DNA of 64,000 bases, taken from Octopus bimaculoides (lineage: Eukaryota). The translations under genes and the position numbers were made by a program. This document shows positions 62,820-64,000 of the stretch, piece by piece. Position 1 is the first letter of the stretch. Each line of letters begins with the position of its first letter. Where the stretch lies: NCBI RefSeq assembly GCF_001194135.2, contig NC_068989.1:16786753-16850752 (forward strand). The letters run 5' to 3'. A model generated the notes under the pieces. That model did not search any database and was not told the origin of the DNA. It was given only the letters and a program-made list of their open reading frames with translations.

Positions 62820-63505
62820 GCCAAAATATAAACAATCTTAGGCAACGACACTGATCTCGACTGCATCAAAAACAATTCCTCTCAACCAAAGAAACGGAAA
62901 AAAATGCACGCAGAAAAACGTCAAAGATGTGCTGCCACCAAACAAACTAACATCAAAACATCTTTTCCAAACCTTATATGTTTTCACTTTTAAAGCATTA
63001 CTTATAGCTTTTTATCAATGTTATGTGTTTTCACTTCTACATAATAGTGTACCCTCAAAAATTCACATAATTCTATTGACACCCATTATTATAGCCTTGA
63101 AGCAAATCGAGATCAACTTACGTTTTTCAGATGTAAACAATTGTTGAGCCTTTTTACCAAACTAATTAAGAAATTATTGCATCGATAGATTAAGGTGCTC
63201 AAAGGCTTTATTACTTTCCTTCTATTTTTAGCCATAGATTCGTATCTCGCTGTAACGAAGATAACTTTGTGTCTCTGGCCGCAGTTTCGACAAGTGTCTA
63301 TGTGTTTTATTAACTTTAATCGGTAGGAAGTTATAAAAGTGACTAAAGAGTCGAGAGTTTCGTTCATGGATCTTATGAAACTGGTAGTTTGATAGGTATC
63401 CTGCATAAAATTCTCAGCTCTTAAGTCATTTATGTAATTCTCTGCTGATTACAGATAATGCTAAAATACATATACTCATGTATTAAGTTCTTTTTATCCA
63501 GTTTA

Positions 63506-63645
63506 TGAATGCGTAGCAAGTTCGTTTCCCAGCCACATGGTCCTGGTTTCAATTCTACTTTGAGCAAGTATTCAGCCCTGGGTTGGCCAAAGCCTTGTCA
63601 GTAGGTCTGATAGACGGAAAGAGAGAGAAGCTTATCGTGTATATA
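63506..63645 (+). mobile_element. SINE family B 5' half, degenerate
   Basis: cagccacatggtcc.ggtttcaattc..tgagcaagt..ggccaaagccttgt..tagacggaaa. Confidence 0.6.
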
Positions 63646-64000
63646 TATATATATGGTGGTTGTCTACTCCTTAAACAGAGTTTGACCACCTCCTGCACCT
63701 ACACCTTAGCCCTTTCATGGCGTCTGATGTGGCTTTTTAAACCAGACAGTTTTGAAAAGACACCCACACAGATTGCACCTCTGATTTGCACTACCAATAC
63801 CTGCAAGTAAGTTCTGTTCATTGTGGATCCTAACATGTCTTTTAAGACCCCCATTGGATTTGCAAACCCTCTGGCACACACCACATTCAAACGTGTGCAC
63901 AGACATATAATCAGAATAGCTGGATGAGGTTTGTTTTCCATGGGTTCGCAGGTGAGATTTGAGGCCAGCCAAGGACAGACATGGTCTGTCACAGACTGTG
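63646..64000 (-). mobile_element. RTE-like LINE 3' end with three C2H2-like motifs (continues beyond the window)
   Basis: Minus frame TVCDRPCLSLAGLKSHLRTH..FECGVCQRVCKSNGGLKRHVRIH..RCNLCGCLFKT, a 1-nt frameshift, then LSGLKSHIRRHERAKV*; short 3' UTR ending acaaccacc(AT)n; no TGEKP linkers. Confidence 0.6.

Overview
AT-rich, repeat-dense animal genomic DNA from a gapped draft scaffold with many N runs. The SINE families and zinc-finger architecture point to an octopus (coleoid cephalopod); this is an inference. The only convincing host genes are three paralogous tandem C2H2 zinc-finger genes, all on the minus strand with the whole CDS in one exon and about 15 kb apart: 28036-28815 (8 fingers), 42773-43648 (9 fingers) and 58242-59117 (8 intact plus 1 degenerate finger). 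None has a recognisable effector domain. The rest is mobile DNA: several tRNA-derived SINE families, RTE, CR1 and L1/Tx1-like LINE fragments, Tc1/mariner remnants, a probable solo LTR, microsatellites, and five families of GG-terminated foldback MITEs (8-9 bp TSDs where readable, Merlin-like), most carrying TTAGGG-like repeats. The most striking observation is a 92-bp inverted copy of exactly the first zinc finger of the middle gene. It matches at 91/92 positions (the exception would be a G-U pair) and lies in the gene's probable first intron. That is the geometry of an ADAR editing-complementary sequence covering the DNA-recognition helix. Other points: all three genes have decayed extra fingers in their 3' UTRs (two share the same truncating deletion and a poly(A) signal made from old Asn-Lys codons), a chimeric SINE has a TSD that duplicates a stop codon, and there are several long local inverted repeats. 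No searches could be run, so family names are pattern recognition only.
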